From Nemertoderma westbladi (Eukaryota > Animalia > Xenacoelomorpha): DNA of 50,649 bases. Both the position numbers and the translations under genes were made by a program. Under the pieces are notes generated by a model. That model was not told the DNA's origin and did no database searches. It saw only the letters and a program-made list of their open reading frames with translations. This document shows positions 1-13,800 of the stretch, in pieces (the first letter of the stretch is position 1; every line of letters starts with the position of its first letter). The stretch spans positions 1 to 50,649 of the forward strand of contig JAUCBJ010002299.1 in NCBI GenBank assembly GCA_032718475.1, given 5' to 3'.

Positions 1-1245
1 TTGAAAATTACATTTCATTAAATATGAATTGTAACATCTCTATTTTTTGATTTACACCGGTTTTTTGGTGTTAGCAATTAGATGGAATTCATATAAATTG
101 ATTTAGAAATTTCAAACTTGTTTTTTTCGGCGGGTGTCAATATGTCAATTTTGTAAATTAATTGTTTGAATCTTGTTTTTTTACGCAATTGGGATTTTTT
201 GGGGTTCTGTTTTCGATGAAATATATACGAGTTGCACCAAGCGTATCAAACTTGTATTTTTCGGTGCTGTGTGCAAATTTTGGTGCTAGCACGAAATTTT
301 GAAAAAAATCCATTCAATAGATAAAATTGCTTGTGACAATTTATTTCTTGCATTTTAGAGGTTTATGGCTGTTCTGAATTCAATGGAATATATAATTATC
401 GAACTAGACATCTCAAACTTGTATTTTTCGGAAGTGGGTGCAAAATGTGGTGCAAGCACCAAATTTTGAAAACCATCAAATATATCAATTGATTGTGCCA
501 TCTTGTTTCTTGCGTTATACGGGTTTGTTAGGGTTCTGAATTCAATGGAAACAGTAAAAATTTCATAAGAGTTTTCAAACTTGTATTTTTCGCTGGTGGG
601 TGAAAATTGTTGTGCCAGCACCAAATTTTGGAAAATGAGTAAATTGATCAGTAGATAGTATCATCTTGTTTCTTGCGTTATACGGGTTTATGAGGGTCCT
701 GAATCCGATGGAATCAATAAAAACAGCACTGGACATCGCAAACTTGTACTTTTTGGTGATGGGTACGAAATTTGGTGCTAGCACCAAAATTTGTCAAATT
801 ACGCCGAAAAATACAAGTAGCAATGATCTGGCATATTAGAAATGTATTCCATTAGAATCAGCGCCCTAGAAAACCTGAAAATGTGAATTTATAGCATCAT
901 ATAAGTGAATTAAAAATTTTGTGTTCTAACTGAAAAGTGCTGGTTACTTGTTTTTTCATTTTTTTCCTACGCAGAGAGGACTAAACAGCCATTTAGGGTA
1001 ATCATATCATTTTTAAATATTTTCCAATGTATTTTGCGCCCCAGAAAACCTATTTTGAAAAAAATGTAACTTTCAAATTTTGTGAAAATTGTGCACTACT
1101 TGTAATTTTGGTGCTCCAATATTACCACCCCAGTAAATTCAGACGTTTTCGTTAATATTTGTAGATTTTAGAGGGAGGGGTCAATATGACCCCCCCCCCC
1201 CCCCCCGGTATTTGTACAGCATTTTATAGCCCGGTACTAATAGGG
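1..1245 (-). mobile_element. piggyBac-like non-autonomous element, copy 1 (cut by window start)
   Basis: Reverse-complement match to ~47960-49300; terminus CCCTATTAGTACCGGG at 1245. Confidence 0.85.
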
Positions 1246-1759
1246 TTTTAAAAGACAATATGTAAAACATATCACATGAAATTAATTTTTTCTAGAATGC
1301 ACTTATGTATTATATTAGGCCTATATAATGTATTATTATTTATTATTGCTAGCTAGCTATATTTATTTTCTTTTGAATTTGACCTTGACTTTGACTCGGT
1401 AGTGTAAACGCGGTCTTAAAATTTTTGAAATTTTTCAATTAAATTATCATGATATCTAGTAAAATTTATGGTAGCTAATAAATAATAAAAGCAATGATGA
1501 AAGTAATTTCAACAAGAAATTTTTTTATTAATTTCAAATTTTTATTGTTGTTGTTTATTATTTGTTGTTTTATTGTTGTTTTTCAAAATTTCTAGCTACA
1601 ATCTTACTGTCAAAATGTTAAATGTTCTAGAATAAAAACCTCATGATAAAAGCTATTTTTCAAAAGAAAAAATTGGACTTCTGGATGTCTCTCACAAAAA
1701 AACCGCTTTATCTAATACTGTTTAATTTAATTTGAATATATTTATAAAAACCTTTAAAA

Positions 1760-2170
1760 GGGATTGTCCCATGCAATACAATATTCCATTGGAGCCACTA
1801 AAATTCAAAATGACCTCTATTGGACACTGTTCATAAAGGGCCACCAAAAAATGAAATGGCTCTTACAAGACATTGTCCATTAGAGCCACTTACATATGAA
1901 ATATATTTCATATATATTAGGCAATTTTCCCTTAAAGCCATTCAAATCTGAAATGGCCCATATTGGATAGTGTCGCTTGGAGCCACTCAACTATAATGTG
2001 GCCCGATATTAGCCAATTTTTATCAAACGCCTTTGAAAAGGCAATGGCCCATGCAAGACCATGTTCCATTTGAGCCAAAAGTTCGAAATGGCCTTAATTA
2101 GTCACTGTTCATAAAGGGCCACTAAAAAATATAATGGTTCTTACAAGACAATGTCCCCTTGGAGCCACCC
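1760..2170. repeat. Degenerate ~40-bp tandem repeat with ~280-bp higher-order duplication
   Basis: Recurring AAATGGCCC/GAGCCAC motifs; 1765-1890 aligns with 2045-2170. Confidence 0.6.
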
Positions 2171-2231
2171 AAATGACAAATATTCTTTAGATTATCTAAA
2201 AATAAAAAAAATAAAATGTTTGTTACAATAT

Positions 2232-2814
2232 ATTTTGTTACATTATGTCAACTTAACAGCGTTCTGGTGAATTACTCATAACGCTGCAAAGTACTACTTT
2301 GCAGCGTTGCGGCCTATAGGACGGAACGTTGCAAAGTAATCAATGACATGGAAGCAACTTCAATTACCGTATTCCAGAATGTATTATTTCCATTTATGTT
2401 AATGATTGCAGCTTTATTATCCAATTTGCAGTGACGGGACTAGTTACTGGATGTAAATAATTGTTTAACATGTACTGTAATCCATTATGGCGAAACGTCC
2501 AATAGAAGACACTAAATTAACCAAAGAAAGTGACGACAGTGTTCAGTAAAACTGTACGGACACAGACGGTGAATAAGTTTGCTTCAGTCGACTATAGTCA
2601 AGATGGATTAATGATTTATCACATCCAAGCAGGAGATAACTTCCAATAAACTTTAATTAGATTTAAATGTATAATTAAAACTGTGTACCAGTGTACCTGT
2701 TAATAAATTTCACTTATATTCGATATAGTACATGATTAAAATGTATAAATGAGCAACCATAAAATCCTTTCTTCACAAACCGAACGCCGATAAGTTGACA
2801 TAATGTAACAAAAT
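2232..2814. mobile_element. Inverted-repeat-bounded element with internal hairpin
   Basis: Perfect 24-bp IR ATTTTGTTACATTATGTCAACTTA (2232-2255 / 2791-2814); hairpin AACGCTGCAAAGTA-C-TACTTTGCAGCGTT at 2280-2308. Confidence 0.6.
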
Positions 2815-3329
2815 TACATACATCATTGCTTGCAAAGGTCACTTTTCAGCGTTAAAGACCCTTGTTTATTGATGTAAATTTGCGCCATTAACTCGCGTTT
2901 TTGACTGTCGGTCATAAGTGATAATAATTATCTATAACGAAAGACTTAAAATCGTCTAAAAACTACTTATTGTACAACTCATAATCAGAAATTACACAAA
3001 AGTGAATTGTATGCGTTATTGTAGATATATATATTTTTTAAAATATCTGCAAAGGCATTTTTGGCTGTAGAATTAAATTGATAATAAATACTATTGTTTA
3101 CCGCTAGGGGTGCAAGTTAAATTCATAAGAACTAAAGGCAATTTCCTTGTAATTGTTTATTTTGGGCCATTATGCCTAGATTGGGCCATTTTGTTCTAGG
3201 TGGGCCATATTTGCCCTAAGAGGACGTGTACCTTTTGGGCCATCGTAGTAGGATTAGGGCCATTGCTCCAAGCCCAAGGCCATTTAAGGGCCATTGGACC
3301 TTTAAAAGGTGGCCCTAATAGTGGGAAAG

Positions 3330-3331
<2 letters not shown>

Positions 3332-3375
<44 letters not shown>
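3332..3375. repeat. (TA)n microsatellite
   Basis: Direct reading. Confidence 0.95.
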
Positions 3376-3379
<4 letters not shown>

Positions 3380-3440
3380 TTATAAACTGACAATTAGCAT
3401 TAATTAACATTAATTTATATATTTATATATATATATACTA

Positions 3441-3590
3441 TATATCCAATGTATAGTGATAAAGTAATATATGCATTTTTTCATGAATTTTTTTATATAT
3501 CCCATGTATAGTGATAAAGTAATATATGAATTTTTTCATGAATTTTTTCATATATCCCATGTATAGTAAAGTAATATATGAATATTTTCT
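3441..3590. repeat. 55-bp minisatellite (~3 copies)
   Basis: TATATCCCATGTATAGT unit at 3441, 3496, 3551. Confidence 0.8.
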
Positions 3591-3703
3591 GAGGTCGATC
3601 TAGGTTTATTTATAATAATATTTTATTTTTTTATTATTTTATTCTTGCAAATATATACTATATATCCCATGTATATATATTGAAGTAGAAGCTTGATTAA
3701 CCA

Positions 3704-4505
3704 ATAATTATAAATTATATTTATTTATTTATCAAGCACGTTAAGTAAAAAACCTTACCGGGAGGTGAGTTAGTACCAAAGTATGTAAAAAACTAAAAAG
3801 GAACAAGACCTAGACGTTGCATTCAGTCAGTGATCAGCTGACGGCAGTCAGTGCACTAACCAACCGACGACAGTCGGCAGGTTTCGCCCCGCAACTGAAG
3901 GCTTTCTCAGGAGGCCAAGCCAGGAAATGTAGAAAGAAATTCATAAAGGGAGACAGAACGGGTTTTGAAATTAAGAGAGAGGTCTGTAGGGCGCAATATA
4001 CTTGCGTCTAATCTAGTTTACTCTTTCTCTTGTCCCTCTTGTAAGGGGAAATATTTTGGACACTTGTTTGAACGCACTAGAGAGCACCAGCATGGGACGG
4101 CCATTGATGGGAGCGAACAGGGTAAGACTGTGCACAACCACATAATGACGCACCATGGCGAGCCCAATACACGTTGGCTGACTGACCGTCCAGTCTTGCA
4201 AAAGTTTGAATTGTATTACATCCAAACACGCAAGCCCGTTATGGAAGTTTGTGGTGCTGCTTCCCAGTGGCTAGTTACCTACAGTTTCTCTCTACATTTC
4301 CTGGCTTGGTCTCCTGAGAATGCCTTCAGCTGTGGGGCGAAACCTACCGATCAGCTGGCTGCCGTCATCTGATCACTGATTGCATGCAGCGTCTAGGTCC
4401 TGTTGCTTTTTAGATATTTACTTACCTTGGTACTAACACACCTACCGGTAAGGTTTTATACTTAATGTGCTGCTTGATAAATAAATAAATATAATTCGTA
4501 ATTAT
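3704..4505 (+). mobile_element. Penelope-like element, 5'-truncated: degraded GIY-YIG endonuclease plus inverted pseudo-LTRs
   Basis: ORF 3965-4372 contains LVYSFSCPSCKGKYFG...R.REH (GIY-YIG with CxxC); arms 3704-3939 and 4285-4505 are inverted copies; CTGAGAA..GCC..GGC-GAAAC motif in each arm. Confidence 0.82.
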
Positions 4506-4561
4506 ACATATATTGCCTTTACATAGTCTATATTATAATTTTGGCTATATATCATACATCT

Positions 4562-4650
4562 TTATTATAATGTCTATATATTATAATCTCTATATATTAT
4601 AATGTCTATATTATTATAATGTCTATATATTATAATGTCTATATATTAAA
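4562..4650. repeat. ~16-bp AT-rich tandem repeat (TATTATAATGTCTATA)
   Basis: Direct reading. Confidence 0.8.
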
Positions 4651-4682
4651 TTATACAGTTATAAATAACTTAACATTTTTAC

Positions 4683-4835
4683 CTGCATTTAATTTCCATG
4701 TCTGTCACCCCCACATCATCTTCCATAAAGCCCTGATAATCCATCATACGCAGGTTAAACGAAAACATATAACTCTCCGGCACTAATGGAGCACTTTGGC
4801 TTTCAAATTCTGGGCATAGCCTTGGAGCAGTCCAG
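4683..4835 (-). CDS. Exon: VOMI-like repeat 2 (NWTAPRLCPEFESQSAPLVPESYMFSFNLRMMDYQGFMEDDVGVTDMEIKC)
   Basis: cattag|C ... AG|gtaaaa; 153 nt, phase 2-2; WT...CP...Y..SF.LR....QG...DD.......C pattern of VMO-I repeat 2. Confidence 0.82.
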
Positions 4836-7800
4836 CTAATGGATAATAAAATTTGAATATTAGGAACATAACCAAAAAAATTATTGTCTCCCTTTCGGTC
4901 TCACTGCCCCTTATTGGGTCACTTAAAGGCCTTGTACGGCTTCGTACGGCTTCCTACGGCAAGTACGGTTAGGCCTACAGTACAGTACAGGTAAGACAGT
5001 AAGATCTATGGTACCGTTGTTACTATAAAATCCTCATCTGTTATTCTGTCTGTCGGTATATAGCCCTAGACATATTTTGTGATAAATTTGAATACTTAGA
5101 ATAAGTTTGATATTAATTTTTGTTATTAATACTTGTTTAATATTAAATTAGATTAACTCAACTCTCAAGCCTTAAACATGCCGATGGATGCCGATGGATG
5201 CCGATATCTTCCATTTCAGTAGTAATGTAATTAATTTAGTTGTTTTACCAGATGCCGATATTTCCGATCCAGAAATTTGTTCTGATTAACACAAAAATTT
5301 ACAGTAGCAAGATTAAAATGTTTCCGATTTCAATGACAATGACTGCGAGGAATTTCTGGGATTTATTTATTTATTTATTTATTTATTTACGTACATGATA
5401 TTATTATAATATAAACATCAGTACAGACACGAACCGGAATAACTACAGTACACACAGTTTAAGGTAGGGTAAATCAATTAGCACAAAAGAAAACATTACG
5501 ATTCAGATTAAGAGTAAATTAAAGTAAGGTAATTATTATTAATATTCATTAACTCGCAGAGACCACGCTCAACATCTCTAGTACCTCCTCGTGCAAAAAA
5601 CCCACAACCTCTAAATCGCCACGCAAAACATTACCAAGTTCTTTACATACCGAAACCCTCCAATGACTACCATCTGGTACCGCACTATAATTTAACTTAG
5701 AAACGATATGGGGCGAAATATCCTCTAAACAATTACAATTAGACAGGTTCGCAATCCTACGCAAATTGGCACCTAATGAGCTCCTACAATCATCGTACAA
5801 AAAAGTACTCAAAAACCGCACAGATAATTTACCCGAGTTTAATAGACTTTTTGCAAACTTAATTAAATGTAGACATAGCATTATCTTTGGATGCATACAA
5901 TCTACAATCCCTTCTACAATGTATCGATGGGCATTAAACGGTAAACCCCATACCATACAGACATTTATATTCCAAGCTGTAAAAAGTTGACTGCAATCAC
6001 TTGAGAATAAATCCCACAACACCCCACCATAAAAACTAGTTGCATATAACTTTTGCACAACATAGATATTACTATGTGTTGCAAACCCAAATTCATGTCT
6101 TAATCCTGATAACTTACCTATAAACGCCCCCCTCTTACTTAAAACGTCCTGGTGTAAATCGCACTTATAATCTAAAATAACACCCAAATGCTTAGCTTGT
6201 TGAACCCAGGGAAGTTAAATCCCATTCACTTTTACACGTGCAGTAGGAGGCTGCCACGTCCTGCCGAAAGGTACACATTTCGTTTTACATTTACGTAAAT
6301 CAATATTTGTACTCAAACGCAACTTAAATTCAATACAAAAATCAACACAAATATTTACCATAAACTGTAGACCAATGACAGACGGGTATAGTAAAATCAC
6401 ATCATCAGCATAAGCAATACATCCAAAATAGTGAGCGGCAATAACACAACCTACTTTAGAACACCTCAATCTTATAATTAAAATATTTAATACAATACAA
6501 AACAAGGTCGGTGAGATTACCGACCCTTGTCTCACCCCATTGGTCACTGAAAAATTGTGTGAATTTACATTGGACCATCGCACAAAACAAGTCTGATTTC
6601 TGTAAATGAAAAATAAACACCTCAAAAATAATAAATTAAAACCCTTTTTAATTAGTTCTAGAAACAGTTGTTTCCATTGCACCAGATCGTAATGCTTTTG
6701 TAAAGTCAATCAGGCAACTATACACAGGTGAACCATTCCTCATGTAATAATTAACTACCTCTGAAACTGTCCAAGTACACATACTTGTACTTGACTTTGC
6801 AGTGAAACCAAACTGCAAATCGTCTAAATTTAATTTACTTCCTTCAGATAGAATAATGACCCATTCAAAAACCTTTAAAATCAAAGAGGCAATAGCAATC
6901 GCACGATAATTGTCTACCAGAGAAATATTACCTAACTTATCTTTTACTAAGGGTACTAAGGCTACTGATAGAAGACATTTAGATAGGGAACCATGAATAA
7001 GAAAGGCATTAAATAACATACACAAATGTTTTTCAAGAACTTTACCACCATTAATAATTGCACCTGCATCAAAACTGTATGACACATCGGATTTATTCGA
7101 CTTCAAATGCTGAAGTGCATCATGTATAATATCTGTGGTTATAGTACACCTTGTACCGTTATAATCACCACTGAGTAACCCAGACCTAATTTCCTTATCA
7201 ACATTATCAAAATCAGCAGTAAGCGCATCTTGATTGTATAGTACCTTATAAACCTCTGCAAATTCAGCCGCAATACTTTGTGGATCAGTTTCCCCATTTA
7301 CACAATCACTAACCAAATTACAATTGCCCCGTAGTTTACGAATTTGTGCAAAAATGTCTGCGTTTCCGGTTACTGAAGCACGTAATAAATTTTCCCATTT
7401 CACACGATCAGCTGAATTCTTAATCCGACGTACAGCCTATTTATATTGTGCCCGAGTAGACTGTTTCATGTGAAATAAATTACCTTGATTCCCATTGGGC
7501 CGGCCGGCAGCACACCACATTCCATACCAAAAAAACAGCCTCTTGTTTATACGGCTTTACATACTGATTCCAACCCGGAATTTCCCTCCGCGTGTTTTCC
7601 CCTACCGATCCACCACTCTGCGGAAGTTCCTTAGATGCGGTTTCAATTGCATCTAAGATTTTCACAGACAAATTTTCTAAACACAATCTATGATCTAAAT
7701 CATTACAAAATATATCGCTACAGTTAATACACGGATTCTCTAAATTAATACCCGATAAACCAGCATCCAATTTTCGCTGAAAATTTTGACGCTGAACTTC

Positions 7801-10800
7801 ATTTTTGCTTTAGAAAAGTTAGACCTGAGAGGATATACTGTATTCAACACATTACGATTTAGTGGCTCAATATAAAACTTAGCATATACAGGGGAATGCC
7901 CCGATAAGTTAGCACCTGTATGCACTGAATCAGCCTCAAAACAATTATCGTGTAAAGCAGTACTTAAAATAAAGTGGTCTATAGTAGAAGTAAAGGTTCT
8001 ACTATCTACGCAGTGCATATATGTATAGTCAATCGGTACCGAATCCCATAACACATTTAAATAATGTGTATCAATAAATTCCCGTATATACCTTGTTTGT
8101 AGCGTTAAACGGGAAAAATCAACGATTAAATCACCGCACCACAAAAAATTACAATCTGTGTATTTGCTAAATAATTCGGAAATATCCTGCAACAATAACA
8201 GCGTATCGTCGGACAGCGAACTATTTGACTGCGTATCAACCGGAAAATAGCTATTAATTAACACAATATTATTATTGGACCCATTACTACCCGGTAAGGA
8301 TATTTTGATCCCTTGTATACGTTTATTATCACTGTCGATTTTTACCGAGGATATATACTTTGCAATCTCCCTTTTGTACAAAATACATAAGCCAGCACAT
8401 TGCCTACCCACATGGTTAACGTTGTCTGCTGTGAAAAACGCTGGTAAATATAGAAAATTACATGTTGGAAAATACTGTTTGAGTTTATAACTGCAACTCT
8501 CTAAAATAAAAGTTTCTTGCAAGCAAACTATATCTGCACCCAATAATAAGGTATTATTAATGTAATCAACTTTATCTGGTGCTAATCCAGTCGAGTTATA
8601 AGACACAACAGTAATATCAGAAGCGGCTCCTGCTTGTCTGGGTGTTGCCGTATTAACAAGTTAGCATGAATTCAAAGAGTTAAACATTACCCCCCTGGGC
8701 CCCGGTTGCCGATTGAACTCTGTAACCAACCGCGTTATCATTATTATTATACCTCCGATGCTCCCAAAGACGCACACAAACATTGCGCGTCCAGACCTCT
8801 GGAACCAACACCTTCTCGATATCCTCGGGCTTTATTGCGACTTTAAAGCTTTTAGAACGAGCGTCCTTATGAGACTTAAGTTCGAACGAGTTCACTCTGA
8901 TTGACTGATTCAGTCACAGATCGAGACTCAGTTACAGGTGCAGGTAGTAGCACTAGTAGTAGCATTGCGACTGTGATTTAACAGAAGGATAAACAGATCA
9001 ATTTGGGAGGGTCAATAAATTTGATGGCGATGGATGAGGCAAGAAGTACTGCCAGAGGCACCTTTGGGAAAAGCAAAAGGTTACAATAAACCTACAACTG
9101 TAGCTGCCAGTAGTCAGAGTAGTAGACCTCTAAGCAAACTGAAATATTTCAACTTTTCATGGAAGAAACTGATTAATACAGAACTAGATACATCATCCCC
9201 AGGCTTCACATGTGTGGTGCAGAATGTCCATTATTATTTCCATAGGTAGTTTACCCCAACAGGAACTGAGATGATAGTCATGAAACCAATGCTATGCAGT
9301 TCAAAACTCATTTCGGTTTCGGACTGATGTAGATATGAGATTGTATCTTATTTAGCATTACTTTTGCATATCTATACTTTGCCTAGATATCCTATGTTTG
9401 GGAAACATTTCTGCTGTCACAAACTATATGTTTAGGAATCAATAACAATAACAAGTATCTACATTTTACGGACAATAATTAAATTATCAAGAATAGAGAA
9501 CATGAAGGCTATAATCAACTGGCTAAGATTCGTCCGCTGTTGAACAAAGTTCGGGAAGCGTGTTTTGTTTAGAGGGTTTCGAGTCTGAAGAATTTCAGGC
9601 AATTGATGAACAAATTATACCCTTCAAGGGGTACAGTATTCTAAGGTATTATGTGTGTTTAAGAAACCTATAAATGGGGCATAAAGGTTTTCAGTCGTAA
9701 CTCTAGGACTGGTTATACCTTATGACTTCATTATTTTTGATGGTCATGTGTCAATATAGGATTGTTGTGGTTTCCAACCGGGTGACTATGTCCTCAAAGT
9801 TCTGGAGACTGTCCCTAGAAACAGTCATTTTAAAATTTTCTTCAATAACTTCTTCAACTTCCCTGAGCTGCAATTTATATTGAAATATATGGGTTTTGAT
9901 ACAGTTGGTACTTTGAAAATAGGCCACAGTCGTGGCAGTTGGAAAACCCAGAAAGAATTGCGAAAAAGTCAAGCACTGGTCAAAAGTCGAGAAAAGGATT
10001 ATTCTGATCGATCAGCCAGTAATTATTGGAGGATTATAATTCGAATATGGTAGGAGTTGACCTGTTCGACATGCTCTTTTCAATGTGTCACCCAGCCCCA
10101 GGCAGACACAATGAAATTCTCAAATTCTCAATTGTAGAAATGATAAAAAATAGGCCACTATTAAATCTCAATAAATAATAATTATGTATTTTACTTTAAT
10201 GGCAATGAATATTAGTAACAATGATATTTATACCCATTGAGTCTCGTAGGCCACTATTGGGAACATCGCTGTTTTCCATGAAAATGTTGTAAGTTGAAAT
10301 TTTTTGAAATCTATTGGTACCCTAAATGATAATATTTTACCATAAAATAGTTATTTTTCTCTCTTGGAAAGTAATTCGAGACCGATATGAACGATTTATT
10401 ACGGGCATTTATCTGTGCATCACTGTACTTGCTTGATTAATTAATATGATATTCACAACATTCACTCTCAGTATTCTGAATATGAATATGACAAATAAAG
10501 TTTCACTTTCAATTTTTCAAGCACTGATATCATACAAAAATTAAGTAAAAATGTCGGAGAAATCATTTTAGTTAGGAGTTAAAATTGCTGAATTGTGGCA
10601 AATAATAATTTAATTGTAATAATTTATTCATGGTCGTCATAAATCAAGTTTTGGTCGTCCACTAATTCTAAAGAGAGTGTAATACCATTATGTACAATCG
10701 CCTTTATTGAAATTTTAATTGGATTTTTTAGTTTTTAGTTTACTCGCTTTTTTATTTATTTTTTGTTAACATTTAATTATATTAATGAGGAATGATCTAG

Positions 10801-13800
10801 ATATAACTGATCTAGACTTTGCTGAGCAGGAGCTCAACGGCTTCTCAGCTCATTATAACAGGCTGCTTCTAGTCTTGGTCTTTTTGTTAACACCAAAAAG
10901 ACCAAAATTTTGACAGTTAACTTTGAAAGTCCTCAGCAAATCTCTGATCGGATGAGCATAAGGTCAAAGGATGGTATGCTTGAGCATGTGGATGACTTCT
11001 GTTACCTGGGATCATGGATCCTAAAGTCAGTTGAAGACCTTCGAAGGCATGGACTGCCTTGAATGGGCTTTCCAGTATTTGTAAGTCACACAGAATTCAT
11101 CGGAAACTTAAGGTCCGATTATTTAGAGCAGCAGTAGTTCCAGTACTCCTCTAACTGCAAATGACACCAAATATCTGGATGGCACATTCACAAGAATGGT
11201 ATTTCGGGTTCACTGTGTCAAGTACAATACACACATCTCCAACCAGAAACTATATAACATTGGAGGTGTCTCATTGGTTTCCTCAAGCTTGATACTAAAC
11301 AAAGTTTCCTCCGCCTTGCAGGATATTTTTTTCGCCATGAGGACCAGCCTGTGCATAATATTGTTCTTTGGCAGCCCCAGGTAGATAATAAGCATGGTGG
11401 ACAGCCGCTGACTTTCGGGAGACGCCTACTAAAGGAAAGGACACTGGCCTTGAATATGTGGATAATCTCGCGAAAGTCATGGTGAATAGGGAGTTGTGGT
11501 GGTGCAACTTTGTTGATAAGCCGGCATAGCATTCTTAATGCACGCTGCATTGGGCTTGCCAATTGTGGATTGCATGGTGGTGACAAAATGTTTTTGTTAA
11601 GCCAGCAGAGCATCTCAATGTGCAGTTTCAATGCAGCAGGCCGATTATAGTAGTGGTAGTAGTAGTGATAGGCCTCTACTCAGTAATTGAAACAATTTAT
11701 TTTACCTACTAGTTAATAAAATAACATTTTATATGCAGAAGCACCCACAGCCACACCACTGTCCGATAATAATTACTTAATAATAAATAACAAACTATTG
11801 CTCGATTCTGCGACTAACTTGCCATAACGGTATGAACTAAATGGGTCAGCATCAATCGTTGTGTTATCACTACATAGCAACCGAATAGCAGTTACTCCCA
11901 TATCGTCTCCATAATAACCCTGATATTCTAGAATCTAGAATTCAAAGACCGACCCATTAACAACAGCAGCATTGTCACATCTATGTGATTACTGGATTCA
12001 TATTAATATTAAATGTAATTTTTGTTGCAATTCCATTACGAACTTACTTTTAGTTGGTAGCCATAAACGTATGACTTATACCTCCTACACATCACCCTTT
12101 CTGACCAATCGCATGTTTCTTCAATCCCTTTCAAGTATTTCAGTGTTTGTAGCAGTTCAATGGTACCTGTGTGTTTTCGTGGTCCTTAAAATAATTGCAT
12201 AGAATATGATAAATAAATAATAGAATTTGGGTTGGAATTTTACTTGTTTACTATTGGTTGAAATAATTAGTAATAGAAATCAGAAATAATAATAAATAAT
12301 AAATGTAGACGTGGTCCAGTAAGAAATTGGTGAAATGATAAAAAAATGTTAAAAATAAATAGGTACGGTTTGGTATATGATAAGAATCAGTGAACGAGTT
12401 TCTAATACAGATCGTATTGACCAAATGACAATATAACAAGTTTTAATAATAGAACAGGTTGTTCCGACCATGTAACAAAGGTTCTAAGAGTATTAGTGAA
12501 CGTAACAAAATTTAAAAGAGTAGAATAGATTGAGAGTAGAATATGGACTAACCGTAACAAGGTTCAGGATTGCACGGGATTCCCACTCTGTCTCTAACGC
12601 ATTCCGAATAGTCAGTGGCCTGACCGATGAGCGTGGAGTAGGCCATGCCTGAACCACATGGGGCAGGTTTACCAGTTTCGTCCACACAGGATTTTTCTAA
12701 TAAATCTTCTCTTTTGTAATAATCAGGATAATACTTCACACCTACTATCTCATTGCAAGCTAAAAATAATAAAAATAATAATTCAAATTATGATTATGAT
12801 CATTATGATCATAAATTAAATTAATTATTTATAATAAATTACTCCAGTTTTTTTTCAGTATTATATATAACTAGACATACAGTGCCAGTTTTCCTTATCT
12901 TTCATAGAACCAAACAGGTTTATCTTTCATAATAAGCAGCAAGTTTCCTTACCAATGACAAATAAATGTCTGAAATGTTGTGGGCGCCCTGGTCACTAGT
13001 AACGTATGATAGACACAACTGAATGAGAAAAACGATCGAGATCACCCTCTACCCCATTTATATGTATTCAACCCTCAGCCTGAGAGGACTGAATGATCTA
13101 TTGACCCATCAATAATAATGTGATCAATGTAGGATACTCCATGGCCATAAAAGGTATATAATGGGACCACAAAAGCTATACTACTACTACTAGGTCGAGC
13201 GAACTCGGACAGTGGAAATGAGATCCTTCCAGGCTTCCTGATTCTCCATAGTTGTCGCAATTTCGTTTCTCCCAAGTTCAGTATCCCTTTCAAGTTGATC
13301 TATATATGTTATGGCCGATCGTCGACCACGACTACGCTTTCCATGAGTTGGTTGCCAGAAAAGTAGATCTGGTATGACCTCGTCTTTACTTCGCCAGCAG
13401 TGCCCACTGAATCTTAAGCTACGGTCATGGAGGGTGGTTGATACAGGTGGTATTGTACCATAAAGATGGGTGTTTGTCATTTGTTGTCTCTAGCTGATGT
13501 TTAGGGCTGCCCTTAGTAGTCTTGTGTAGTAACCATCAATTCGTTGTTCAAATGATTTAGTTAGTGTCCAGGTCTCACCCCCATATAAAAATACACTTTC
13601 CACTGTGGCTTGAAAGAACTTAGTCTTCAGGTGCCTGGAGAGACTGATTTCCAGATGGTATCCATTTTTGATAGAGCTACCCAAGCCTTTGCTTTACTAA
13701 CTTCAATGTCCTTTTTGTTACTTTCTATCCATGATCCACGGTACTGGAAGTCGTCGACCTTCCTTAGTTGATTATTATCAATGGTTGTAAAGTTTCCATC

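Noticed and set aside
355-787. ORFs duplicated at 48455-48923 (MVLAPNFV..., MVLAQQF...)
   Set aside because: They lie in the tandem array of a non-coding MITE; the conservation reflects DNA copy identity, with no protein motif.
12952-13017. Candidate extra 66-nt exon with good AG/GT sites on the minus strand
   Set aside because: It has a TAG stop in the phase-1 frame that the neighbouring exons require.
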